Origin: Candidatus Kaiserbacteria bacterium
Lineage (GTDB): Bacteria; Patescibacteriota; Minisyncoccia; Phycocordibacterales; Phycocordibacteraceae
Reading direction: 5' to 3'
Length of the DNA: 64,000 nucleotides
NCBI GenBank assembly: GCA_016182485.1
Contig: JACPGH010000003.1
Coordinates: forward strand, 6,331 to 70,330
Position numbers and translations under genes: made by a program. Positions 20,472 to 29,497 of this stretch are shown one piece after another. The notes beneath the pieces are model-generated. The model made no database searches. It saw nothing but the letters and a program-made list of their open reading frames with translations, and was not told the DNA's origin. Position 1 is the stretch's first letter. Each line of letters opens with the position of its first letter.

Positions 20472-20855
20472 ATGAAAACTATCCTTATTGATGCCGTAGA
20501 TGCCTTCGTTATAGAAGGCGAGGGCATCTATAAGCCGCTTTACGATCTGCTTGAGAAGTACTCGAATCGAAAGATCATTCTTACGAACGCCAACGATGAA
20601 CAGATGGTCAAATTCGGCCTGAACGATATGCCCTATGAGGTTTTCACACTCAAGCACAATCCTGACAAACCAGACCCAGCCTACTTTAAAACCATGCTTG
20701 CGCATTTCGGCCTAAAACCAGGAGATGTCCTTTATTTTGAACACAACCCAGATGCGGTTAAGGGCGCAGAGTCAGTCGGTATCCTCTCCTATTACTACGA
20801 CAGCGAGAAAAAGGATGTCGGGACCCTTAAGGAATTCCTTGACGCGAACCTATGA
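20472..20855 (+). CDS. HAD-superfamily hydrolase-like small protein
   Basis: LIDAVDAF (motif I-like), and K / EHNPDA-like motifs. 127 aa. Confidence 0.5.
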   Translation: MKTILIDAVDAFVIEGEGIYKPLYDLLEKYSNRKIILTNANDEQMVKFGLNDMPYEVFTLKHNPDKPDPAYFKTMLAHFGLKPGDVLYFEHNPDAVKGAESVGILSYYYDSEKKDVGTLKEFLDANL

Positions 20856-21049
20856 CCATCTCGTACGACGATTTTGAGAAAGTAGATATCCGAGTCGGGA
20901 AGATACTTGAGGCACAGGATTTCCCAGAGGCGCGGAATCCAGCATTCATGCTGAAGATCGATTTCGGTAAGGAGATTGGTGTCAAAGTCTCGAGCGTGTG
21001 TCGAGATTGGCAGCAAACTACAGTAATCTATGAAGCTCAAAAACGATAA
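20852..21049 (+). pseudogene. Truncated paralog of the tRNA-binding-domain (CsaA/Trbp111-like) gene
   Basis: The first 48 codons are nearly identical at protein and DNA level to 24402-24545 (ISYDDFEKVDIRVGKILE.QDFPEARNPAF). The sequence then diverges and stops at 65 aa, versus 112 aa for the intact copy. Confidence 0.65.
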
Positions 21050-21323
21050 GTATAAAAAGGCGCGAGGAGGGTATTCTCGATTGTTGGATATCGCCTGTCA
21101 GAAATGTGGCATCTCCATTTGTGAGTACCAAAAAGACGGAGCAGGAAACTTGCGACGAATGTATGTCGACAGGATTATTGATCCTAAGATTTCTTTGGCC
21201 CGAAAAGACCTGACTTGTCCGAAACGACATTTGTTGGGAGTGAAGATAATTTACGAAAAAGAGAAAAGACCGGCGTTCAGGTTGTTTGTTGATTCGGTTA
21301 CAAAAAGGATTATTAAAATCTGA
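21030..21323 (+). CDS. Hypothetical small Cys-containing protein
   Basis: CQKCGISICEY...CPK suggests a zinc ribbon. Weak support. Confidence 0.3.
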   Translation: MKLKNDKYKKARGGYSRLLDIACQKCGISICEYQKDGAGNLRRMYVDRIIDPKISLARKDLTCPKRHLLGVKIIYEKEKRPAFRLFVDSVTKRIIKI

Positions 21324-21324
21324 G

Positions 21325-22077
21325 ATGGAAACAAACGGTAGTCTAATACAAACTTGCCAAAAATTGATTGATGCCTACAAAACAGGCAAGATTGGACAGA
21401 CTCGTATGCCGGAAGATTCGAATCCTGGGTTCGCTGAAGATAAATGGGATATGCGTCTCGCTTACTTCACTTTACCAATGGCACTCAACTATCAGCGGGA
21501 TAGCTATAAACTCTGGGAGGCAGCACTCGAGACTTTTCGTGATCCAGAAACGCACTTTGTGTTTGATATCGCAGAGGTTTCTTCAAGACGAGAAGAGGAA
21601 GTAAGAGCAGCGCTACTGAAACATAGACTTGCATTGCAGCCGAATAAACATATCCATACGTGGCGCATCATTGCCACGACCGTGAAGAATAATTGGGGCT
21701 CGTTCGATAATTTTATGAAGGCCACAGACGGAGATTTTCTTAAACTCAAGCAACTCGTCCAGTCTGATTTCAAGAAAGGATTCCCGTATCTTTCGGGACC
21801 GAAAATCTTCAATTACTGGTCGTTCATTATCAGCACGTACGGAGGAGTCAACCTCAAGAATAGATATCAGATTGATATCGCGCCGGACACCCACATTATT
21901 CAGTGCTCGGTGAAGCTTGGTGTCATCACGCAAGGTGAGGCCGAGAAACTGTCGAAAGAGAATATCTCGCAACGCTGGAGAGAGATTCTGAAGGGAAGCG
22001 GTATCGACCCGATAGATATGCATCCGCCTCTTTGGTTTTGGAGTAGAAACAATTTCATATTTGATCAGATTGGCTAA
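21325..22077 (+). CDS. HhH-GPD-like DNA glycosylase superfamily protein (weak)
   Basis: FPYLSGPKIFNYWSFII...IAPDTHIIQCSVKLGVI resembles the HhH-GPD helix-hairpin-helix and Asp loop. Start at METNGS. Confidence 0.4.
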   Translation: METNGSLIQTCQKLIDAYKTGKIGQTRMPEDSNPGFAEDKWDMRLAYFTLPMALNYQRDSYKLWEAALETFRDPETHFVFDIAEVSSRREEEVRAALLKHRLALQPNKHIHTWRIIATTVKNNWGSFDNFMKATDGDFLKLKQLVQSDFKKGFPYLSGPKIFNYWSFIISTYGGVNLKNRYQIDIAPDTHIIQCSVKLGVITQGEAEKLSKENISQRWREILKGSGIDPIDMHPPLWFWSRNNFIFDQIG

Positions 22078-22078
22078 T

Positions 22079-22220
22079 AAAAGACGGGCGCTGGAATCGA
22101 ACTACGCTGCGCAAAGCAAAAAATGGGGACAGGAATCGAACTCTGAGCCTATTCTGACGATGTTCGTTATCTTATACGACCGCGAGAGATAACAAACATC
22201 GGATTTGAATACTTTCCGCC
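22079..22220. repeat. 142-bp direct repeat, copy B
   Basis: See copy A. Two mismatches; the hairpin has a single arm mismatch. Confidence 0.85.
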
Positions 22221-22358
22221 GTCTGGTTGTAGAATGCCAGTTCATTTCGTCAGGGGTAGTATAGTACCGCCAGGCATCTGACTCCGTAAAGAGCACAAAA
22301 GTCGCGATGTACGTCGCGGCATTTGTGTTTGTCCAGGCACGCTATACTATGAATCATC

Positions 22359-22892
22359 ATGATCATCCATTTCATTACTGGAAGCAAGAACAAGCTCGCA
22401 GAAATGCAAGCGATTTTAGGCGATGTCGAGCAACTTGATATTGCTCTGCCAGAAATACAGGAAATAGACGCGCATAAGATAATCCGCGCCAAGCTGGAGG
22501 AAGCCCTCAAGCATAAAAAGGAAGCATTTATAGTAGAGGACACATCACTCTACTTCGACGCTCTCAACGGCCTCCCAGGCCCACTAATCAAGTGGTTTAT
22601 GAAGACTGTTGGTAATGATGGCCTCTTCAAAATGGCGGAATCCTTTGGGAACTACGGAGCTGAGGCGAAGACGATCATCGGCTATACCGATTGGTCTGGA
22701 GACATTCAATTCTTCGAAGGATCAGTGCGAGGCGCGATAGTCGCCCCACGAGGCGAGACTAATTTCGGCTGGGACCCCATCTTTCAGCCGGAAGGAAAAG
22801 ACAAGACTTTTGCCGAGCTAACGGCCGAAGAGAAGAATGCATTTAGCATGCGCAAGCTTGCCGCCGAGAAACTGAAAACACATTTATTATGA
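22359..22892 (+). CDS. rdgB: Non-canonical purine NTP pyrophosphatase (ITPase, RdgB/HAM1 family)
   Basis: ITGSKNKLAEM N-terminus; TSLYFDAL; FGWDPIFQPEG; EEKNAFSMR. Confidence 0.85.
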   Translation: MIIHFITGSKNKLAEMQAILGDVEQLDIALPEIQEIDAHKIIRAKLEEALKHKKEAFIVEDTSLYFDALNGLPGPLIKWFMKTVGNDGLFKMAESFGNYGAEAKTIIGYTDWSGDIQFFEGSVRGAIVAPRGETNFGWDPIFQPEGKDKTFAELTAEEKNAFSMRKLAAEKLKTHLL

Positions 22893-23311
22893 CTATTATG
22901 ACGGACTACTCAAAATTCTTGGTCAAAGAATATACACACTGGCTAGTGAATGTGCACGAGAACCAGGGATACCTTGGCAGATGCATTGTATGGTGCAGGC
23001 GCGAGGATGCGCTTGATCTAGCAGACGCAACTGAGGCAGAGCAAAAGGAACTCATTACCATCCTCGGCGAAATACGAGAAGCTACGAAGCGAGCATTCCA
23101 GGCAGACTGGTTCAACTATGCGTTTCTCGGCAACGGCACACGACATCTCCATGGGCATTTCATCCCGCGTTACTCATCATCGCGAATGTTTGAAGGGATG
23201 ACTTTCATCGACGACCGATGGGGTCATAACTACAGAACCAATCACGATTTCGTTACGCCGCCCGAAGTATTGGATGCGGTAAGGGAAAAATTGAAAGCCG
23301 AGCTACAATAA
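22889..23311 (+). CDS. HIT-family (histidine triad) hydrolase
   Basis: HLHGHFIPR histidine triad motif. Confidence 0.8.
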   Translation: MTIMTDYSKFLVKEYTHWLVNVHENQGYLGRCIVWCRREDALDLADATEAEQKELITILGEIREATKRAFQADWFNYAFLGNGTRHLHGHFIPRYSSSRMFEGMTFIDDRWGHNYRTNHDFVTPPEVLDAVREKLKAELQ

Positions 23312-23315
23312 ATTT

Positions 23316-23633
23316 ATGAGTCAACACAAAATTGTCGTCTATGTTCCTTTAACCAATACCGATTCCGTAAGGGAAGCTATTGGCACGGCTGGAGGCGGCA
23401 AACTAGGTAAGTATTCCTTTTGCAGCTTTTCAACGCGAGGCATTGGCAGATTTAAGCCTGAAGAAGGGGCGCATCCGCACATTGGGACAGTTGGAGAATT
23501 GGAACAGGTAGAAGAAGAACGAATCGAGGTCACTTGCGATTCTCGAGTTGTGGGGAATGTTCTTGCAGCGATCAAGCGGGTGCATCCATACGAAGAAGTC
23601 GCGATGGATGTATGGCAACTGGAGAGTTATTGA
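23316..23633 (+). CDS. Small conserved alpha/beta protein (PII/Nif3-insert-like, COG3323-type; uncertain)
   Basis: KIVVYVP...AIGTAGGG...HPYEE pattern. 105 aa. Confidence 0.45.
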   Translation: MSQHKIVVYVPLTNTDSVREAIGTAGGGKLGKYSFCSFSTRGIGRFKPEEGAHPHIGTVGELEQVEEERIEVTCDSRVVGNVLAAIKRVHPYEEVAMDVWQLESY

Positions 23634-23635
23634 TG

Positions 23636-23725
23636 GGGAGCGGAATCGAACTGGTGCAGTCTACTGTTTACACCAGTTCTTGAGTTCCCGTCCCGGTCGT
23701 GCAAGACGGGGGCAGGAACCCCCGT
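23636..23725. repeat. tRNA-like / T-arm-containing structured element (GGAATCGAAC family)
   Basis: ggggagcggaatcgaactggtg...actgtttacaccagttcttgagttcccgtccc followed by GC hairpins (cccgtc/gacggg; ggggg-caggaa-ccccc). The 3' part recurs at 20408-20447. Confidence 0.4.
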
Positions 23726-23775
23726 ACTTTACTGATTATCAGATTCAAAGCTATACTTGGTACAACAGACGGGTT

Positions 23776-24396
23776 ATGAAAAAGAAGACACAAATACTTA
23801 TCATTCATGGCGGAATGACCTTCAAAAACGAGAAGGATTATCTGCATTTCTTGAAGAACAGAGAAATTTCTCTTAAAAAGAAGGTAAGTTGGGCTGGTGA
23901 CTATCTGGATAAAGAATTAGGAAGAGGACTTGAGATCATCAGGCCGCGCATGCCACTACAGGACAATGCGAAGTATAGAGATTGGAAGATTCATTTTGAG
24001 CGACATCTCCCGCATCTAAGGAGTAATGCCATTTTAGTTGGATCTTCATTGGGTGGTATTTTTCTCGCGAGGTACCTATCTGAAAATAAGTTACCTAAAA
24101 AAGCGTTGTCGATATATTTAATATGCCCACCTTTTGACAATTCCGTAAAAGGGGAAGATTTAGTTGGTGGCTTTACGCTTAAGTCTGACCTCTCCTTGCT
24201 TAAGAAAAATTCCAAGAACCTGCATCTGCTTTTTTCAAAGGATGATGAAACCGTGCCGGTCTCTCACGCCAAAAAATATAGGGGAAAGCTGAAAGACGCG
24301 CATATTGTTGTCTACAAAAGCAAGAACGGACACTTCAAGATATCCACATTTCCGGAAATCATAAAAATGATCAAGGAAGATGTTAAAGGATCATAA
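23776..24396 (+). CDS. Alpha/beta-hydrolase (YdeN/RBBP9-like serine hydrolase)
   Basis: GSSLGG nucleophile elbow, Asp and His downstream. AT-rich relative to its surroundings. Start at MKKKTQ. Confidence 0.7.
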   Translation: MKKKTQILIIHGGMTFKNEKDYLHFLKNREISLKKKVSWAGDYLDKELGRGLEIIRPRMPLQDNAKYRDWKIHFERHLPHLRSNAILVGSSLGGIFLARYLSENKLPKKALSIYLICPPFDNSVKGEDLVGGFTLKSDLSLLKKNSKNLHLLFSKDDETVPVSHAKKYRGKLKDAHIVVYKSKNGHFKISTFPEIIKMIKEDVKGS

Positions 24397-24401
24397 ATCC
24401 T

Positions 24402-24740
24402 ATGATCTCATACGATGATTTTGAGAAAGTAGATATCCGAGTCGGGAAGATTCTCGAAGTGCAGGATTTTCCTGAAGCGCGGAATCCGGCATTCAAGCTG
24501 AAGATAGATTTCGGCCCTGAGATCGGCACGAAATTATCTAGCGTGCAGGCGGTAGACGCACACACCAAAGAAGAGCTACAGGGAATTCTAGTCTGCTGCG
24601 TAGTCAACTTCCCGCCAAAAAAGATAGGCCCATTCGAATCCGAAGTCCTTACGCTCGGGTTCAAGAATACGGCAGGTATCGGATGGGTGCTCATCACGCC
24701 CGCCAAAGCGAGTGTCGAGATTGGCAGTAAGTTGCAATAA
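24402..24740 (+). CDS. csaA: tRNA-binding domain protein (CsaA/Trbp111/MetG-C-like), intact copy
   Basis: 112 aa OB-fold tRNA-binding domain pattern (DIRVGKI...E). A truncated paralog lies at 20852. Confidence 0.75.
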   Translation: MISYDDFEKVDIRVGKILEVQDFPEARNPAFKLKIDFGPEIGTKLSSVQAVDAHTKEELQGILVCCVVNFPPKKIGPFESEVLTLGFKNTAGIGWVLITPAKASVEIGSKLQ

Positions 24741-24747
24741 ATCCAAT

Positions 24748-25317
24748 ATGGAAATCGGAATCTGGGGAGACAGCATTACCTACGGCGCGGGTGACACTAT
24801 GGCACTCGGATGGGTAGGGCGACTGCGAAAATTGCTTGAGAAGAACGAAGATATAAGTGTCTACAACTTTGGCGTGTGTGGAGATACGACTGACGATCTG
24901 GCCAAGCGCTTCCTGGTGGAGGCGGACTCTATTAAACCGAATGTCGTCATTTTCGCCATTGGAATAAACGACTCAAAATACTCCGTTGGTGAGACTGCAA
25001 GCGAGGTCCCACTCGAGAGCTACAAACAGAATATGCGAGAGCTCATAAAGCTCGCGAGAAAGTACACCGACAAAATTCATATCGTTGGGGCTACGAAAGT
25101 CGATGAAACTTCTATGCGGGAGAGCGGTACACGCTTTGTGAACGATACGATCCGGTCTTATAACAATTTCCTCAAAGAATTTTCTGAATCAGAAGGCCTA
25201 CTCTATGTAGATGTTTTCGATGCGCTTGATATACATACCGATTTAGATGATGGCCTGCATCCGAACGCACAGGGCTATGAGAAATTATTCAATATGATAC
25301 AAGAATTCGTAAAATGA
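24748..25317 (+). CDS. SGNH/GDSL hydrolase family protein
   Basis: IWGDSITYGAGD (GDS block I), block III GINDS, and the DxxH region. Confidence 0.75.
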   Translation: MEIGIWGDSITYGAGDTMALGWVGRLRKLLEKNEDISVYNFGVCGDTTDDLAKRFLVEADSIKPNVVIFAIGINDSKYSVGETASEVPLESYKQNMRELIKLARKYTDKIHIVGATKVDETSMRESGTRFVNDTIRSYNNFLKEFSESEGLLYVDVFDALDIHTDLDDGLHPNAQGYEKLFNMIQEFVK

Positions 25318-25346
25318 CGAGGGTCGGACATTAGTGCATAGCCCTA

Positions 25347-25375
25347 TTGACAGAAAAGATGGGGCATGCTATGAT
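25347..25375 (+). promoter_or_regulatory. Sigma70 consensus-like promoter for cspA (TTGACA-N17-TATGAT) with a long 5' UTR
   Basis: Read directly. About 95-nt leader before the cspA ATG, typical of cold-shock mRNAs. Confidence 0.6.
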
Positions 25376-25473
25376 GGATTTCGTCAACCAGCGGCTGAGC
25401 CAGAGAAGTGGGCTCGAGCTTCAATTCCAGCTTACTGCATTGATACATTAGTCCAACCAAAATTCAATTGCAC

Positions 25474-25677
25474 ATGCAAGAAGGAACCATCGCTCGCCTC
25501 ACTGATAAGGGCTTCGGCTTTATCAAGGTGGCGGGCCAGGAGAAGGACCTTTTCTTCCATTCCAATGAGCTCGTCGGCGTTTCGTTCGACTCGCTTCAGG
25601 AAGGGGACAAGGTGACCTTCGAAGTCGCCGACAGCCCGAAGGGCCCGAACGCGATTAAGGTCAGCAAGGCCGCGTAA
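25474..25677 (+). CDS. cspA: Cold-shock protein (CspA family)
   Basis: KGFGFI (RNP1) and LFFHSNE/VSFD (RNP2-like). 67 aa. Confidence 0.9.
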   Translation: MQEGTIARLTDKGFGFIKVAGQEKDLFFHSNELVGVSFDSLQEGDKVTFEVADSPKGPNAIKVSKAA

Positions 25678-25690
25678 GCTGCCGATCCGC

Positions 25691-25716
25691 AAAAAAGCGC
25701 CCACGGGCGCTTTTTT
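25691..25716 (+). terminator. Rho-independent terminator after cspA
   Basis: aaaaaagcgccc-acg-ggcgcttttttg. Confidence 0.8.
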
Positions 25717-27091
25717 GCATCATGGAAGGGGATGGAGACTTCTGTGGAGTAGCATCCGACCGTGTTATAATTTAAATCACGTGAATAGCAACGGTAAGCA
25801 GCACGGGTTGGATCGGTATGCATTCGAAAAGACCCGTTCAATTTTGAGATTATTCCGCAATGGAAGCAAGCGGGTTCCACAAGGCCGTACGCCAGGTAAG
25901 GTTAAAGTCGCCTTCATCCATGGCGAGAAACGGCTGGGTTCAGGCATTCGTACCGGTGCGGCGCAGATCAACCGGCTCATGGTAAGCGCACTTAATGAGC
26001 GCCGCGTGTTGGTGCGGAACTTCTATCCGCGCGTGCAGCTATTTGATACCCCCGCGCATATCAAAGGCATAGCGAATATTTTGTTCTTCTATTCTCTTCT
26101 GGAACACAAAAATGAGATGCTAAAGTACGATGTGATCCAAGGAACTACCTATACGCCGCTCCCGTTTCTTACGTTTGACGTGCCGGTCGTGTGCCATTTC
26201 GGGTCTACTGCCCGCGGTTATCTCGCTTCTACGCCGCGAACTTCCGAACTGCCGCCTCATGAACGGGCTGTTTACAAAGAATTCGTGCGGCTTGGCGTCA
26301 TTCCTGAATTTGATTATAAGACATTGCGTCCGATAGAAGACGTTGCCGACATCGAAGCTGTCGCCGCGCAACGCGCGGCAGCATGTGTCGCCACTTCTGC
26401 AAAAGTCAGGGATGAGCTTATCGCGGCAGGAGCACGTCCCGAGCGCATATGGCTCATCCACAATGCGATCGAGGATTATTGGTTCTATCCGCCGCGCGAA
26501 ACTGCGCCTCAGCAACCGCACCTCGTTTTCTTGGGGCGACTCGGTAATGACGTATTCACTCTTAAACTCAAGGGTCTTTCCAGGCTCGTTAATTTTTACA
26601 ACGCTTTTCCGGAGACGCCGAAAACTACCGTATGCATGACGACCAATCGCAAGCTAAAGGAATGGCTTCGCGTCGCGTTCCCCTTGCATTATATGTACGT
26701 CAATCTGCGAAAAGATCTTATCCCGGGAGCGCTGGCTCCATTGCGCGGAAGTATCTTATTCCTTTCTTCCCGATATGAAGGGTTTTCTCTCAGTCTGATA
26801 GAAGGCATGTCGCAGGGACTGGTTCCTGTTGCCTTCCCAGTTGGCGTAGCCGAGGAAATCATACGAGACGGAGAAAACGGCTTTCTGGTCTCATCTACGG
26901 AAGAAGCTATTGCGCGGACGGGATTACTACTGGCAGACGATGCGAGGCGCCTCGAAATGGCTAGGGCTGCCCAGCAAACCGCAGCGCAATTCAGGGCAGA
27001 ACGCATAGCTGAAGATCTGGAACGGCTCTATCTGGAACTAAAGCGAGAACGGCAAGAACAGCGCGATCGGATTCCATGTGAGGCGAACTGA
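25715..27091 (+). CDS. Glycosyltransferase family 1 (GT4-like); start uncertain
   Basis: C-terminal EGFSLSLIEGMSQGLVPVAFPVGVAEEIIRDGENGFLV matches the GT1 E-x7-E region. The true start is probably an internal or non-ATG codon near 25900. Confidence 0.7.
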   Translation: MHHGRGWRLLWSSIRPCYNLNHVNSNGKQHGLDRYAFEKTRSILRLFRNGSKRVPQGRTPGKVKVAFIHGEKRLGSGIRTGAAQINRLMVSALNERRVLVRNFYPRVQLFDTPAHIKGIANILFFYSLLEHKNEMLKYDVIQGTTYTPLPFLTFDVPVVCHFGSTARGYLASTPRTSELPPHERAVYKEFVRLGVIPEFDYKTLRPIEDVADIEAVAAQRAAACVATSAKVRDELIAAGARPERIWLIHNAIEDYWFYPPRETAPQQPHLVFLGRLGNDVFTLKLKGLSRLVNFYNAFPETPKTTVCMTTNRKLKEWLRVAFPLHYMYVNLRKDLIPGALAPLRGSILFLSSRYEGFSLSLIEGMSQGLVPVAFPVGVAEEIIRDGENGFLVSSTEEAIARTGLLLADDARRLEMARAAQQTAAQFRAERIAEDLERLYLELKRERQEQRDRIPCEAN

Positions 27092-27175
27092 TCGCATCTG
27101 CGACGCCGAATTGCGGGATCTCTGAGCGGCGCTCCCGTTAATGGAATCTCCCGGATAAACCATTACGCTTCTCCC

Positions 27176-28207
27176 ATGCGAATAGCGCAGATCGCGCCTT
27201 TGGCTGAACGGGTGCCGCCCAAGAAATACGGAGGGACCGAGCGAGTCATACATGCGCTTACGGAAGAACTGGTGCGGCGAGGGCATGACGTTACGCTATT
27301 CGCGAGCGGCGACTCATTAACATCGGCGAAGTTGCACTCGGTCTATCCGCGGGCCCTGCGCGAAGCGGGGGTGAAAGATATATACGGGATGAATAATTGG
27401 CTCCTGCTTTCTATCGGGGAGGCGTATGCGTCTGCCAGCGAATTCGACGTCATCCATGATCACTTGATGCCGCTCTCGCTCGCCACCGCCAATCTCTCTT
27501 CTGCTCCCGCGGTCGGTACGATACATGGCCCGATCACTCGCGACGTGCGCAGGTTAATGCAATCCCTGCGCAATCCCAATATTGTGACGATCTCGCAGGC
27601 GCAGCTTTTTGGTAGTGCCGATATAAATCACGCGGGAACGGTATACAACGGACTTCCTATGCAAGATTATCCTTGGAGCGCAGATGCGGACGAATATTTG
27701 CTTTTCGTCGGCCGCATTTCGATGGAGAAGGGCGTGCACAATGCCATCGAAGTGGCCGATCAGCTTGGTCTGCCCCTTATCATCGCCGCCAAGCTGGAGT
27801 CGGTCGATCGGCAGTACTACCGGCAATATGTCGAACCGCGCCTCTCCTCCCGCATTACGTGGGTGGGCGAAGTGGATGAACAGGAGCGCAATCGTCTCAT
27901 GAGCCGGGCGCGCTGTTTCTTGCATCCGGTCGAGTGGCGAGAACCCTTCGGGCTAACGCTTATAGAGGCTATGGCCTGCGGTTGTCCCGTAATCGCGTTC
28001 CGAAAAGGCTCTATCCCCGAGATCGTGAAAGACGGGGAAACCGGGTACGTCGTGGAAGATGTTGCTGAAATGGCGGCGGCGGCGGATACTATTGAAGCCA
28101 TTGATCGAAGTTACTGCCGAACGTATGCGCTCGAGAATTTCAGCGCGGCGCGGATGACTGACGGATACGAGGCGGTATATAGAAAAATTTTCGAGCAACA
28201 TGAATAA
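27176..28207 (+). CDS. Glycosyltransferase family 4
   Basis: MRIAQIAP...YGGTERVIHALTEELVRRGHDVTLF N-terminal GT4 domain. C-terminal EPFGLTLIEAMACGCPVIA...GETG. Confidence 0.85.
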   Translation: MRIAQIAPLAERVPPKKYGGTERVIHALTEELVRRGHDVTLFASGDSLTSAKLHSVYPRALREAGVKDIYGMNNWLLLSIGEAYASASEFDVIHDHLMPLSLATANLSSAPAVGTIHGPITRDVRRLMQSLRNPNIVTISQAQLFGSADINHAGTVYNGLPMQDYPWSADADEYLLFVGRISMEKGVHNAIEVADQLGLPLIIAAKLESVDRQYYRQYVEPRLSSRITWVGEVDEQERNRLMSRARCFLHPVEWREPFGLTLIEAMACGCPVIAFRKGSIPEIVKDGETGYVVEDVAEMAAAADTIEAIDRSYCRTYALENFSAARMTDGYEAVYRKIFEQHE

Positions 28208-29450
28208 AGACGAATTGTGGGCGCTCGGCATTGCAAGCATCAAGAGCCTCGAGACGGACTGGGGCGTTCTCGCCTCGGGGCGGGGCGAACTTTTCGGATG
28301 CGTTTTTGGCAGAGATTCGCTCATCACGAGCCTTTCGCTGCTCAAGGTTTACAGAAAGACTGGCGATGCGTACTTCCTACAGCTGGTCAACAAGGTGCTT
28401 ATGCGGCTCGCGGAGCTGCAAGGGCGCGCCATCAACATCGAGAACGGGGAAGAGCCGGGCAAATGCATCCATGAATTCCGGCTGGATAAGCACGAGCATC
28501 TCACTCAGGCGCTCGAGCCCTGGCACGTCTCTTCGGACGGCTCGATGCGCAATTACGATTCCGTAGACGCGACGCCGCTCTTCCTCATGGCGCTCTATGA
28601 GTATCTCTCTGTTGCGCCGCCCTCCGAGGATGCCGCCCCGCTTCTGCGGGCGGCGCACCGCGCGCTCGCCTGGCTTACGGAGCACGGGGATTCCAATCGA
28701 GACGGCTTCATAGATTATCGATTCCATCCCGACCGGAAACACGGAGGCCTGCGGGTGCAGAGCTGGATGGACAGCAGTGAATCGCTGTTCTTCGAGATTC
28801 AGGAAGAAAAACCCGCATACGCGATCGCTCCCGTCGAAGTCCAGGCATACGCCTATGTGGCGCTTCTCGAGTGGGCCGATTACTTCTCTAAGGAAGCCCC
28901 TACATTCTCCCGGGACCTCTTGATGCGGGCGGGCAATCTCAAGCGGCGCTTCAACTCCGCCTTCGTTTTGCCGCATGGAAAATCGTTAACGCTCGCATTC
29001 GCCGTGGACGGGAACGGAAGAAGGCTCACTAGCGCGCGTTCTAGCATGGCTCACGTTCTCTGGGCCGTCAGACGCTCGGGTCAATCTGCACCGGACGGTA
29101 TCCTGGATGCCTCGCTCGTGCCGAAGCTTGTCAAAAGACTTCTCTCGCCGGACCTCTACGTGCCTTCGGCGGGCATTCGTACCTTGAGCTCGCGTTCCAG
29201 GCGGTTTAATCCGGTGAGCTACCACAACGGCTCCATATGGCCGCACGATACGGAACTGTTCGCAGCAGGCCTGGAGAACTACGGGTATCGAGAAGATGCC
29301 GAGCGGGTGCGGGCGGGCCTTTTGCGCTCATATCGGCATTTCAAGACTCCCATAGAACTCTTCGGATACCGGCGCGGATTTCGGGAATACGAGGCGAGCT
29401 GCCGCGTACAGGCTTGGAGCGCTGCCGCAATCCTTTCGGGACTGGCCTGA
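28200..29450 (+). CDS. Amylo-alpha-1,6-glucosidase / glycogen-debranching-like (GDE_C, six-hairpin glycosidase)
   Basis: CVFGRDSLIT and the overall (alpha/alpha)6 pattern. 416 aa. Confidence 0.7.
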   Translation: MNKDELWALGIASIKSLETDWGVLASGRGELFGCVFGRDSLITSLSLLKVYRKTGDAYFLQLVNKVLMRLAELQGRAINIENGEEPGKCIHEFRLDKHEHLTQALEPWHVSSDGSMRNYDSVDATPLFLMALYEYLSVAPPSEDAAPLLRAAHRALAWLTEHGDSNRDGFIDYRFHPDRKHGGLRVQSWMDSSESLFFEIQEEKPAYAIAPVEVQAYAYVALLEWADYFSKEAPTFSRDLLMRAGNLKRRFNSAFVLPHGKSLTLAFAVDGNGRRLTSARSSMAHVLWAVRRSGQSAPDGILDASLVPKLVKRLLSPDLYVPSAGIRTLSSRSRRFNPVSYHNGSIWPHDTELFAAGLENYGYREDAERVRAGLLRSYRHFKTPIELFGYRRGFREYEASCRVQAWSAAAILSGLA

Positions 29451-29497
29451 AGCGGGAATTCACGCCAACTTTCCGGCTGGTCCGCCATGATGTACGC

